64,000 bases of DNA from NCBI GenBank assembly GCA_038087875.1, contig CM075984.1, positions 27,962,001 to 28,026,000 on the forward strand, given 5' to 3'. Positions 37,170-48,960 of the stretch are shown here, piece after piece. Numbering within the stretch: the stretch's first letter is position 1; every line of letters starts with the position of its first letter. The stretch is from Malacoraja senta. Its lineage: Eukaryota. Under the pieces are notes generated by a model that worked only from the letters and a program-made list of their open reading frames with translations, did no database searches and was not told the origin of the DNA. The position numbers and the translations under genes are program-made.

Positions 37170-37307
37170 NNNNNNNNNNNNNNNNNNNNNNNNNNNNNNN
37201 NNNNNNNNNNNNNNNNNNNNNNNNNNNNNNNNNNNNNNNNNNNNNNNNNNNNNNNNNNNNNNNNNNNNNNNNNNNNNNNNNNNNNNNNNNNNNNNNNNNN
37301 NNNNNNN
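37170..37307. other. Assembly gap (N run)
   Basis: run of n. Confidence 1.
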
Positions 37308-37705
37308 AGTGTTCCCCTATCGCAGGTTTGAGGAAGTCTGATGCACTGGGATAAACACAAGACCACCAGCACCACTGTCTGGTCAAGACCGAACTGCCGG
37401 GAAGAAGCCCTAGACAGCCAGTGCCGCTAACACACAGACACAAAGACTGTGCCACTAACCCAGAGACCGCCAGCGTGCCTCTTCAGCCCAAAAATGTAGC
37501 CACCAAGATAAACATGAGACCGCCAACATTTCCTCTCTAGGCTCGGGTAAACTGCAGGTAGAATCCTGAGATCACCATGCCTCCTTCAAAGACCAGGACT
37601 CAGCTGCTGGGTCAAGCTTGAGATCACCTCGACAGCACACATTTGCCCTGGTGGTGAGGGACAGCACATTCATGCAGTCTTGGACTGTTTACCATGGTAA
37701 ATAAA
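37308..37705. repeat. Unclassified interspersed repeat (second copy 44335-44785)
   Basis: Both copies share gtgtt.ccct.tc..., cactggga.aaac...agaccaccagc, repeated gaga(c/t)cacc subunits and ccctgg.g.tgagg.acag. Confidence 0.6.
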
Positions 37706-37789
37706 ATATATACACTACTGCTAGTGTCGGTGTTGTCACTGCCGAACCTGGCGTCATCCCCGATGCCACAATATAAATCAATATATACA

Positions 37790-38400
37790 TATAACAAAAA
37801 TAGAAAACGCTGGAAACATACATCTGGTCAGGCAGCAACTGTGGTAAGAGAAACAGTTAACGTTTTGAAGTCCAGGACACTTTGTTCGAACTTGGAATGG
37901 GAGATAAACAAGTTAGTTTTCAGTAAAATAAAACGTCGGGGGAATAACTACGGTGAGATCAAACGGATGGATGGAGGCAGATAACAGAAGATTACACTTG
38001 GTCTGTTTAATGTATTGCAAATGGTGAGACTGCAGGAGATATCTGGCAGACTAGCTGTAGAAATAGATCAGGAAAAACTGAGCCAAAATACTGGACAGGC
38101 AGAAACGGCCAATTCTGATACCGTCAGAAAGAAAGAGTGAGCTGGCCGAAGTTGGCAAAGTCAATATTGACTCCTGCAGACTACAAAGTGTCTAGGCAGA
38201 AGAGGTTGTGTTGTTCCTAAGCTTGCATTAGATTTTGTTGTAAGAGTGCAGGAGGCCACAGACAGAAGTGTCCAACTGGCAGTGTAATGGAGAATTAAAG
38301 CAACAGGCTCAAGGTCACTCTGTGGATTGCGTGCAGATGCTCTACAAAGCAATCACCCAATCTGTTTTTTGTTTTCTCCAATATTTAACTTGTATTATGT
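37790..38400 (-). mobile_element. Old Penelope-like fragment
   Basis: gaaaacgctggaaacatac...ggtcaggcagcaactgtgg..agagaaacagttaacgttt pLTR-type sequence followed by degenerate endonuclease-like sequence. Confidence 0.5.
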
Positions 38401-40567
38401 GCATAAATTCCTTCCAAGTGCAACGGACATTAACTGGGCAGGCAATATCAAAACTGATATGTTCTTAGCGCATGCAAGCATCAGTGAAAGCAGGGAACAA
38501 GAAATAAAGCCCTTTGCATTTTCAATGGAAATGATTTACCAGCTAAAATCAATTATGAGTTCCGGAATGTTCAGCTTTTCACATTCACTGGTCTGACAGA
38601 TGCACTTAAGAAATATCTGCTGTATTTCCTTCCACAGTGAGAATGTTCGGGCGATCCATATACCAGTGCATTAGTCATAATAAAAGATAAGGCGGAGGTA
38701 ATGGCTTTTGCGGGTGACTATTATCATTTAGCTGTCATTTATCACGGCATTACTTTTTTCGCATCATCAAAAGCACCAAAGGTTTAATAATTTTATGGGG
38801 AAGTGCCTGACTCATAAATCGTGGGAAATTGGGGAAGATTCTAAATCTCGTTTATTTCACTGGTAATTAAATGCGTCCTTTGCTTTTCTTCCCCTTTGGA
38901 AAAAAAATACCAATCTTGTTTGGGGATGATTTCTTTCTGAGGTCTGGTGTTTAGTATGAGGGTTATTATCTCAACATGAATCAAACTGATTCCCATGTGT
39001 GATTGTGCATGGTTGAGGATTTTTGTATTTTCTCTTTCTTGCTGTTTTTTACCTGTTTTTATAATAATAGATGCTGCTTGATACCACACATTCCCCTTAC
39101 CTTCCACTGCATCTATATTCTTGTCCTCCACTCTCATCCTTCTCATTTCCTGTTCCCACCTGTATTCAGAAAGTCGCAGATTTTTTGCATCATGGAAACA
39201 ACCCAAACAGTCCGCACCAAGCACCATGCACCCTTTTATATCAATCCAAATTAAACCTCCCTGCACTCTCTTAAACACCCACTGATTCTGCAACCCACCC
39301 ACAGATTTGGGACAATTTACAGAAGCCAATTACCTATAAACTGGCTCGTCTTTGGGAATATGGGACGAAACCGAAGCACCTGGAGGAAATCCGCGTAGTC
39401 AAAGGGAGAACATCTAAACTTTGCGCAGAAAACACTGGATATCAGGACCAAACCTGGATCTCTGGAATCAAGAGGTGTCAACTCTACTGAACCGCTTACT
39501 CCTTCCTCTGACTCCTCCTCAATCTTTTCCATTGTTGCCCTGTTACTCGCTCATTTTATTTGCCTGGCACTGCTCCTCCACAATTACCATTTCCACAATT
39601 ATGTTGACCCTATTTCCTCCACTGTTTACTCATCTCCCATTGCCTCCTCTTCCTCAACTTTTAACTTCTTCCACTCCCTGCTCCCGCAAATTATTCTCCC
39701 TGTATTGTAATGCTGGCTCAACCACACCAGAATCCTAAACCGCAGCAGATTCTGATAACCCATCGTCCTTCCGTTCACAGACCAACATATATGGTGGCAC
39801 CATGTATAGTTACTCAATCATCTTTACAGCCCTGTGCATGGACTTCTTTCCCTTTCCCATCATATCCTCCATCCCTACTATTCTCCAGGTGATCTGTGTT
39901 CTTCCAGTTATAGAGACATAGTGCTGTACAGTACATACACTACGTGTGCAGGCGCAGTCCCCTGTTTTATGTGGATAGGAGAGGAGGCGCAGGCAGTCAA
40001 AAGGTGTTGTGTGTCTAGGGCAGCTCTGTCTTTGCCTTGCAGGGAGGTACTGGCGATCTCAGGTTTGTCATGGTAGCTCAATCTTCCTGCAAGCCTGAAA
40101 AAGGAAAACAACGCTGGTAGGGGGGCACCCCACTTTATCTACCTCTCTCTTCTTTAATTTCTTTCTTTCTTTCTTTCTTTTTCTCTCTCTCTCTCTTTTC
40201 CTCTTTCTTCTTTTTTCTTTTTTCTTTTTTCTTGTGCTTCCTCTTGCTCTCCTGCCTCTTTTCCTAGCCCTTCCCTTTTCCTCTGGCTGGAATCGCTCTG
40301 GTTTTAAGGAGGAGGGTGACAAGGTGCAGGTGGGTCAATCCAATAACAGCTAATTGGACACAGCTATTGCTCCTCTGGCTGTTGGCTCAGCTCAATCCAG
40401 ATGCTGTCCGGGGTGACGGTGTTTTCTGGCAGCTAGGTGCTGTTCGTGGTGCTGAACGTAGGCTTCACCGGGCCAGTATGTGGCAACAGGGATCAGAGCC
40501 TGAATGGCTGGGAGAGACAGAACCTGTTCCCACATGGGTGTGTGTTTGAAAAGCTATGATCTACTGA

Positions 40568-40660
40568 GGCACAGATCACGACCTACAGAGACACAGTCCA
40601 TGACCTACAGAGACACAGACCATGACCTACAAAGATACTGACCAGGACCTCCAGAGACAC
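40568..40660. repeat. ~22-bp minisatellite, ~4 copies
   Basis: unit gacacagaccatgacctacaga. Confidence 0.8.
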
Positions 40661-43034
40661 AGCTGGCTAAGTCTTTCTCGGCCAGCTGGCATGCTGAATG
40701 CCATCCTCCAATAAAAAATGGAGTCACCCGAGGCCAAATCTAGGTAAGGAATACTTCCCCCGAGTAAACTACATGGGTTTTTTTCCAAGAACCCAGCGGT
40801 TTCAATGCCATTACAATGAATTCTGGCTTTGTATCTGAGATGAGTCTCCAGATCTTCAAACCCATCTTCTACATCATTGATATCCACCATACAACCAAAT
40901 CCAAATGATAAGCCAATGTGCTCACCTCAGGAAATGTCTGCCTGTTTTGAATGAACAAGGCTGCCTTTTGACTTGAGGTGCACAGTCCACGAGACCCATT
41001 CCTGTAGTAACCGAATACAAACTCCAGTTCTGAAAGGATCACTGAGCCACAGCCTTGCTGGAAATATATGCAGTGCTATGTCTTTTGAAAAGCGTGTTCG
41101 GGAGGTGGATCAGTGGGTGGAGGAGTGCCCCAGTTTCACAGACGCCGTCCTTGTGGATGAGGGGTGCCCTCCGTGTGAAGTGCCAGGGAGAGAAAGAGCA
41201 GCTGAGACTAGAAGTTATTCTATTACCCTTTAATGGTGGTGAAACAGTGTTGTGCGTAACCATGGCCCTGTGAAAATCCTACAAAGATTGTATTCTTTAG
41301 TTGTACGACTCACACAACAGTTCCATCAGGATTCCTTGTGTGACTCTGCACTGTGTTGTCTATTGATCTATTACAAGTTCTTGCAGCTGCCAACACGTAC
41401 ACCAGCAGTTATGATCTCTGCAGCAAACTCTTAAAACAGGAACCAGTGCGCTATGGGTGATGAGTGAATGGGACTTAGTGTAGATTACATCATGGGCTGA
41501 AATTGGGCTGTAGTTTCCAGCAGAATTTAGTCATAGGCAGCGGACTAAACTCTGTCATAGAGCTGATCACTTAGTTCCCCCACACCCCCCCCCCCACCCC
41601 CCACGGCTCCCTCCCCCCTCCCCCTCCTCCTCATCATCCTGTTCATTCTCACTTATTTTTTGAAGGTCATCAATGAATCCTCTTCTTAACAAGAAATGCC
41701 CCACACAAACACCTGCTGCAAAAATGTTCACACTTTTGGACGTTTGACATTTATCTTCAATCTTTGTCCTGTATTTATCCAACAATTTTGCTGGTGGAGG
41801 CAACATCTCTGTCAAAATCCTTCATCTTAAACACCTCTCTTAAATCAGTGAAATTGCAGTGAGCTGATGGGACATTCCAGTCTCACTGTTGGGCAATATT
41901 TCTTCGATACTTTACAGAAATTGTCAGTCAAAATTGAATCCAATTGCCCTGGCCTTGACATCACTAATCTCATGTGATGCAGACAAAATTCCTTGTTTTA
42001 TTGGGTTGAGCACATTCTTCAATTGTTCCAAACAGGATTCACCAGGACAGCAAGACCCTGATAAACATCTCCACCTCCAAAGACTGATCATATGCCACTG
42101 ATAACCTTGTTACTCATGCCTTATCCATTTGGCTTAGCTTGTGCTGGTATTTATCACTCCATTGGTCTTGACACAATCTCTGTTCCCAAAGCCTGCCTGT
42201 CTCAAAAGAACAATAAATTGCAGGAACACTGCAACAGCCTACAGTGCAGGAGAGAGGAAACTGGGAGAGATGGAATGGGGTGCAAAGTTAACTTTCTGCA
42301 ATGTACATATATTCCAGAAACCAGCCCTTTGGGAATGACTGTGACGGTTTGATATACCCCCCACATGCAGCCAATTGAATCCAAAATGACTTTACTCTTC
42401 TTCCAGGATTTTTTATTACCTCAATATTTGTATGCAGTATTCTTCTGGACATGTGGTTAGGATGACCAAAACATAACTAGGCCCTTGAAACCCACAAACA
42501 GAGGAGACATTCCTAAAGGCAGGCTGGTAGGTTAATTGTTCATTCTGAGTTGTCCTCTAGTGTGTAGGTGAGTCGTTGAATCTCGGGGAGTTAATAGAAA
42601 GGGTAGTTTGAGAGAAATATGGAGGATTTGATGCTCTGCAAGGACTGGATGGGCTGAAGGGCCTGGTTCTGTGCGGAATCTCTCAATGGTTCCATAACAT
42701 CTATCTCCATAGGTCTGGTCAGGATTTAGGTTCTTGTCTCTTTGTGGTGTGCTTGAGAGTTTCAGTACCCTTCAAATGATATGCTGTGGTGTTTGTTGGT
42801 CAGCTATCACTGTATTAAAGATTGGATGCATCTGACGGCCATGGCTTTGTTTACGGTAGTGATGCACATTTCCTGATTTTACTGTGACCATCTAGGTGTA
42901 CTTAAGATGATCACACCACAGGTCAAATGACCAGGGGAGTGTTTAGTTTAGTTTAGAATTACAGCATAGAAACAGGACCTTTGGTTCACTGAGTATGTGC
43001 TCGTCACCAGTGGACACTAATTCTACGTTATTCA

Positions 43035-43420
43035 ATAGACAATAGACAATAGGTGCAGGAGTAGGCCATTTGGCCCTTCGAGCCAGCACCGCCATTCAAT
43101 GTGATCATGGCTGATCATCCCCAATCAGTACCCCGTTCCTGCCTTCTCCCCATATTCCCTGACTGCTATTTTTAAGAGCCCTATCTAGCTCTCTCTTGAA
43201 AGCATCCAGAGAACCTGCCTCCACCGCCCTCTGAGGCAGAGAATTCCACAGACTCACCACTCTCTGTGAGCAAAAGTGTTTCCTCATCTCCGTTCTAAAT
43301 GGCTTACTCCTTATTCTTAAACTGTGGCTCCTGGTTCTGGACTTCCCCAACATCGGGAACATGTTTCCTGCCTCTAGTGTGTCCAAGCCCTTAACAATCT
43401 TATATGTTTCAATGAGATCC
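43035..43420 (-). mobile_element. CR1 LINE 3' fragment
   Basis: DTLEAGNMFPMLGKSRTRSHSLRIR..RVVSLWNSLPQRAVEAGSLDAFKRELD; (agacaat)n tail. Confidence 0.92.
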
Positions 43421-43439
43421 CCTCAAAATGCTCATATAC

Positions 43440-43625
43440 TCCCTGCACATTAGGGGTAATTTTACAAATGCTATCTAATCCACAAACCCTCACATCTTGG
43501 ACCTGGAGGAAACCCACACAGTCACAGGGAAAACATGCAAAGTCCACACAGACAGCACCTGAGTTCAGGAATGAACCTGGGTCTCTGTCACTGTAAAGCA
43601 GCAGCTCTGTCCGCTGTGCCACCCT
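43440..43625 (-). mobile_element. HE1/V-SINE-like SINE
   Basis: Reverse complement of head and core. Confidence 0.75.
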
Positions 43626-43829
43626 TATGGCTTCTGAGCCCAGTTTGCAAGATTGTAGGGGAATCAGGGATTGGGGAGAGCAGTATATTGTCTGAAGAGG
43701 AACGATAGAGGAGGAGATCAAGGATGACGTCATTCAAATCCAGTAGGGCCAGCAATAGGACAATGGAGGTAATCAAGCTGTTGGGAGGGGAAATGGCAGG
43801 CAGAAGAGGCACAGTGCATAGCTAGTACA

Positions 43830-44312
43830 GGTGGTGGGGGAGGGGGGAGAGGGGGAGGGGAAGGGTGGAGGGGGAGGGGAAAGAAGGAGAGGAGGTGGGA
43901 GGGTGGAAGGAGAGGGCGAGGGATGAGGGGGTGGATGGAGGAGGGAGGAGGGCAAGATGGGTGAGTGGAGGGGGAGTGGGAAGAGGGGAGGAGGGAGGGA
44001 GGAGGGAGGAGACGGTGGGAGGGGGAGAGGGGAGGGGAGGGAGGAGGGGGAGGGAGGGGGAGGGAGGGGGGAGTGGGGAGGGGGGGGAATGGGGAGGGGA
44101 AGTAGGGAGGTGGGAGGAAGAAGGAGGGAGAATGGGGAGGATGGAGGAGGGGGAGATAGGAAGGGGATGTCGAGGGGGAGGGGGAGTGAAGAGGGGAAGT
44201 GGAGAGGGGGAGTGGGAAGGAGGGAGGAAGAAGGAGGGAGGAGTAGGGAGTGGGGAGGAATGAGGGGGAGGGGGAGGAGTGAGGAGGGAGGAGGGAGGAG
44301 GGAAGAGGGGGT
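43830..44312. repeat. ~480-bp polypurine (GGA/GGG-rich) low-complexity tract
   Basis: Almost pure G/A on the + strand; produces the spurious Pro-rich and Gly-rich ORFs. Confidence 0.95.
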
Positions 44313-44334
44313 GTAGAAAGTGGGGCTCCTCCCT

Positions 44335-44785
44335 GTTAGCTGTGTTTCCCTGTCACACGTTCGCGGAAGACTATGCCACTGGGACAAACCTGAGACCACC
44401 AGCGCTACTGCTGTGTAGCCCTAGATGGCCAGTGCCTCTATTGAGGTTAAGACTGAGTGGCCGGAGGCGCCAGTGGCTCTTCCTGTCTGCGTACAATGAG
44501 GGACGGTGCCCATACATAGAGGCAATGACTGAGCCTGAGACGGCGAGCATTGCCTTTCAATTACAAAGCTGAGCCACCAAGATTAGCCTGTAATGGCCAG
44601 CACCTACTCTTGAGGCAAGGGTGAACTGTAGGGAGAAGTCTGAGATCACCACACCTCATCCTTCGAGACTAGGACTGAGATGCCAGGACAAGCCCGAGAT
44701 CGGCATTGCCTCCACACATAACCCCTGGCGATGAGGAACAGTGACCCCCCATGAGGTCCGGGACCTTTGTGTCACCGTAAATCAA
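44335..44785. repeat. Unclassified interspersed repeat (copy of 37308-37705)
   Basis: see 37308-37705. Confidence 0.6.
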
Positions 44786-44989
44786 ACATATCACATAAGT
44801 TCCCCCTACTTCCAGCATCGGTGTGGTCACTGTCAAACCCACGGCATCTCTGACAACATAGTGGATAAATATCGATCAAAACTTCCAGCTCTGCTTCAGA
44901 TGTTATTGACTGATCAGTGTTATCATTATAGGTGATAAAACTGATCACCACTGATTACCTATCACTGATCATTATCACCTCCACTAAGC

Positions 44990-45990
44990 TCCATGACCTG
45001 CTCCTATGTAGCTCCCTCTGCAACTGAATCCTTGATTTCCTCTTCGGCAGACCTCAATTGGTGCAGAACAGTATCAACATGTCCTCACCATTGGATACAA
45101 GCCTAGCCCCTGCTTTACTCTCTTTCCATCCATGACTGAGTGGCTAAACACAGCTCCAATGCTGTCTCCAAATTCCCTGATGATGCCGCTGTGATTGGCT
45201 AAAGTACCAATGGTAATGAGCCAACGTACAGGAGAGTTGCTGCACCAATGATGTCTTGCTCAACATCTACAAGACTAAGGAACTGATTGGGAGATCATGC
45301 ACCAGTTAGAGTCGGTGGTGGAGAGACAGCTTAAAATTCCTGCGCATTAACCTCTCAGATGACCTGTGTGGGACCCAGCACATAAATGCCATCATGAAGA
45401 AGGTGCTCCAGTGCCTCTACTTTCTTAGAAGCTTAAAGAAATTCAATATGTCTCCATATTACTCCGACAAACGTTTACAGAAGTACTGTAAAACGTATCC
45501 TAACTAGTTGCCTCATGGCCTGATATGGCAATTTCAAAACACAGGAATGCCACGAGACTGCAGAGAATGATGGTCTCAGCCCACTCCTACATAGAGAGCA
45601 TCTAAGTGAGGCACTGCCTCAAGAAAGCAGCATCTATTATGAGGGATAATCCATCATCCGAGCCATGCCCTCTTCTCACTGATGGCATCTGGAGAAGGTA
45701 CATAGCCTGATGCTCCACACAACCAGGTTCAGAAACAGCTACTTTCCTACAACTATCTGGTTCTTGAACCAACCTACGCAGCCTTAACCCTACAATGATA
45801 ACAGAATATTATAACCCATCCTCCTCCACTACTATTTTTTCTAAATATGCTTTTGCAATACTATCTTGATTTGTATATAATCTTCTTTATTTTATAATTT
45901 TAAGTGTAATTTATGTAGAATTTGTTGTGTGTTTGTCTGAGTCGATGTGTCTGTGATGCTGCTACAAGCAAGATTTTGCATAGTATTTGT
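44990..45990 (+). mobile_element. Old Rex1-like LINE 3' half
   Basis: ccctgctttactctct...aaattccctgatgat (KFADD region), cctctactttcttagaag, ggttcagaaacagctactttcc. Confidence 0.7.
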
Positions 45991-46500
45991 ACCAGGCTTG
46001 TGATGTTTGAAGTTATTCTTTCATTTGATTATTATGAATTTTTAAACTTAAAATGTAATAAATATGTTATTACAAAAATATAGTCCATTATTTATTATTG
46101 AACCTATCAAACAGACACAAATTTGTGTACATTTCACTGATGGTGAGAGATATTGATTTGAATCAAACTTAATTATTTTGGGCAGCTTTCAAAACTCATG
46201 CACATTTCTTTTTACAAATGCACGAGTGATTGACTCGGACACATATTATTCTGAGGCCAAATTATTTTAAAATGTACATTGTCATGAAACATTTACCACT
46301 CTGAATCAGTACAAACCTTACCTGCTGTGGATAAAGGAGGAAGCCTTGGACTTTGTTTATATGGATGCTTCTGACATTCCCACCTTCTCCATTCCATTTC
46401 AGTGTGAGCAAACATTTCCACTGTCACAGGTCAGTTCTCTCATTGTTGAACCTTCCTAATACTGAGAGTATCTGTGAAGCAACAAAGATGTCCATTTACA

Positions 46501-46534
<34 letters not shown>

Positions 46535-47855
46535 GGGTTGGAAATTCCGAAATACCTTTCTTTCATTCTCCATTCTCTCAGATCACCCCTTGTACATATC
46601 ACTTCCTAGCCCTGGGCTTGAGAATGGGAAAAGGGAGGAGATGTGTGTAACTTGGCCAGAATCCATGGCCAAGGATGCTGAGGGACATAACTGACAGGAA
46701 TTTCATGTCCCCACATATAACAAGAAAGCCTCTTATTGAACTCATGATCTTGGGTAGAAAGATCCAACTTTTACTTGCATTCTTCTTGTTACCTGGGAAG
46801 TATTCCAGGAAGGAGATTACAGGTGTGAAATTTCCTCCTTGGATCTATTACTTTGTGAAATATATTTTTAAGAGTTGGCCCTTCAAAGTGAACCACGTTG
46901 TAATTTTATTTCACTTTTCGATGTACTTTGAACAGACACAGAAAAAACTTCAGCCTCCACTGACCATCTAACAAACACTACACCTCTAATGTCATCGTAT
47001 TCTCCATACATTCTCATCAACTCTACCTCCTCTCAGGCAAACACCAGGGCAATTTATAGCAGCTGATTAACCTCCCAATCCACATGTCTTTGGAAACTAG
47101 GGAACTCGGAGGAAACCTACACAGACACAGAAGTAGGTGCAACCTCCACACAGAACAGGTAGGGTTGAACCCAGATCATTGGAGTTGTGAGTCAGTGGAT
47201 CTACTAGCTGTGTCATTGCACTGCTTCATTGTAAACATTTTTATAAAGCGGCAATCGAGAGTCGGGATAAATGATAGGTGCGTGTCTCAAAGTCCATCAT
47301 TGTTATCATGTTCTGCATGAACCACAAATCACAATGTAATGAAAGAGCTGAGTTTTGTTGCCTCGTGCTGTGGTTTCTGAGCATCCTCACAGCCCAGATC
47401 AGCTTCTTTAGTGCATTAAAGGACTCTTCACCCACTTGCCAAATGTGAGCAGAAGAAATTCACCCTTTGGACACTGGCCACTAACATCTCCTTTGTCCCT
47501 ATGATAACTGGTCCCGTCACCTGCTTAAAAACAAGAGAGAAATTAAACAAATAAACCTGATAAACCTGATCCGTTCAGGAGCATGAAGAATGTGTCCACC
47601 AAACTGGACATGTGCACCACCCTCATGGACTCAGCACAAAAACAAAACAGTTGATTTGATTATGGTTCCCACACTACCACAGGTGCATCATGACTGTCAT
47701 GTTTGCAATCAATAGGCAACTCGCCAACCTTTTCCTACCCTCCAGACCAATGTATTTTAGCAATGGACCCTTGAACCTTCTGATAATTCACTGCCGCAGA
47801 ACCAAGTCACTAAAACTTTATTGTGGGACAGTCATTATAGACTACATTGGTACAA

Positions 47856-47889
47856 GGTCTGAAGAAGGGTCTCGACCTGAAACGTCACC
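47856..47889 (+). ncRNA. Minimal type I hammerhead ribozyme motif in a Penelope pLTR fragment (fragment to ~47950)
   Basis: GGT-CTGAAGA-A-GGGT/CTCG/ACCT-GAAA-C-GTC-ACC: CUGANGA and GAAA cores, stem II, GGT/ACC stem I, palindromic ACGU stem III. Confidence 0.6.
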
Positions 47890-48324
47890 ATTCCTTCTCT
47901 CCAGAGATGCTGCCTGCCCCGCTGAGTTACTCCAGCATTTTGTGTCTATCATTGGTATAAGGAATAGGTCCACAACCACCTTTTCGAGTCAAAATGTTGG
48001 CGTTATGCAAATCATCTTTACTTAAAAAACAAGTCCTCAGAAGTGTAATAGATCTCACTTGGGGCGAGATTTAAAAAAATGCAGCAGAAGGAAATTAATA
48101 AAAATGATCTATTATATCATGCCCGCAAAAGCAATGTAATGGGAACATTTATAAAATGTATAAAAATGACCCAAGGTACTGTATTTGTATTATCTCAAAA
48201 CAATCTGGGATTGGAGGCTAAATGTATTTTAACGGGTGAGGTGGGGTGGAATTATCTGAATTCATATGACATCCTCATCTGTGTGCGACTTGCCTTGCAA
48301 ATCTCTGTCTGCACATCACATTGA

Positions 48325-48960
48325 GCCATGCAACACTTGTCCCTTCACTTCCCCCCTCGATTCCATTCAAGGACCCAAGCAGTCGTTCCAGGTGTGACAG
48401 AGGTTCACCTGCATCTCCTCCAACCTCATCTATTGCATCCGCTGCTCTACATGTCAGCTGATCTACATCGGTGAGACCAAGCGGAGGCTTGGCGATCGTT
48501 TTGCCGAACACCTCCGGTCGGTCCGCAATAACCTACCTGACCTCCCGGTGGCTCAGCACTTCAACTCCCCCTCCCATTCCGTATCTGACCTCTCTGTCCT
48601 GGGTCTCCTCCATGGCCACAGCGAGCAATACCGGAAATTGGAGGAAATGCACCTCATATTCCGCTTGGGCAGTCTACATCCTGGGGGCATGAACAATGAA
48701 TTCTCCCAACTCTGCTAGCCCTTGCTGTCCCCTCCCCTTCATCAGCCCTCTGGTTGTCTCCTCCCATCCCCCAGCCCTCGGGCTCCTCCTCCGCCATTTT
48801 TCCTTTTTTCCTTTCTTCTCCCCACCCCCTATCGATCTGAAGAAGGGTTTCGGCCCGAAACGTTGCCTATTTCCTTCGCTCCATCGATGCTGCTGCACCC
48901 GCTGAGTTACTCCAGCATTTTTGTGTACCTTCGAATTTCCAGCATCTGCAGTTCCTTCTT
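48325..48960 (+). mobile_element. Penelope-like element 3' end: GIY-YIG endonuclease remnant + pLTR with hammerhead motif
   Basis: QGPKQSFQV*QRFTCISSNLIYCIRCSTCQLIYIGETKRRLGDRFAEHLRSVR..PVAQHFN..GMNNEF; ctgaagaagggtttcggcccgaaacgtt at 48837-48864. Confidence 0.92.

Larger units (their letters stand above)
11690..46471 (-). pseudogene. DNHD1: Decayed multi-exon dynein heavy chain domain-containing (DNHD1-like) pseudogene, N-terminal/linker half
   Basis: Collinear minus-strand peptide relics in non-repeat DNA, many with canonical AG/GT borders (46322-46471, 41653-42196, ~40730-40890, ~38545-38670, 36383-36651, 34105-34188, ~33640-33931, ~26110-26195, 25614-25683, ~24540-24640, 19503-19621, ~12200-12325, ~11690-11880); compared by eye with human DNHD1 as recalled from memory; many stops and frameshifts. 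Confidence 0.6.

Noticed and set aside
38841-39329. 162-aa minus-strand ORF
   Set aside because: Starts inside a SINE, no recognisable domain or splice support
43773-44399. 208-aa proline-rich ORF and Gly/Glu-rich antisense ORFs
   Set aside because: Translation of a polypurine low-complexity tract
46316-46345. 3-nt microexon or recursive splice site (ccacag|CAG|gtaagg) on the minus strand
   Set aside because: Better explained as the 3' end of the 150-nt exon 46322-46471, which has its own strong acceptor
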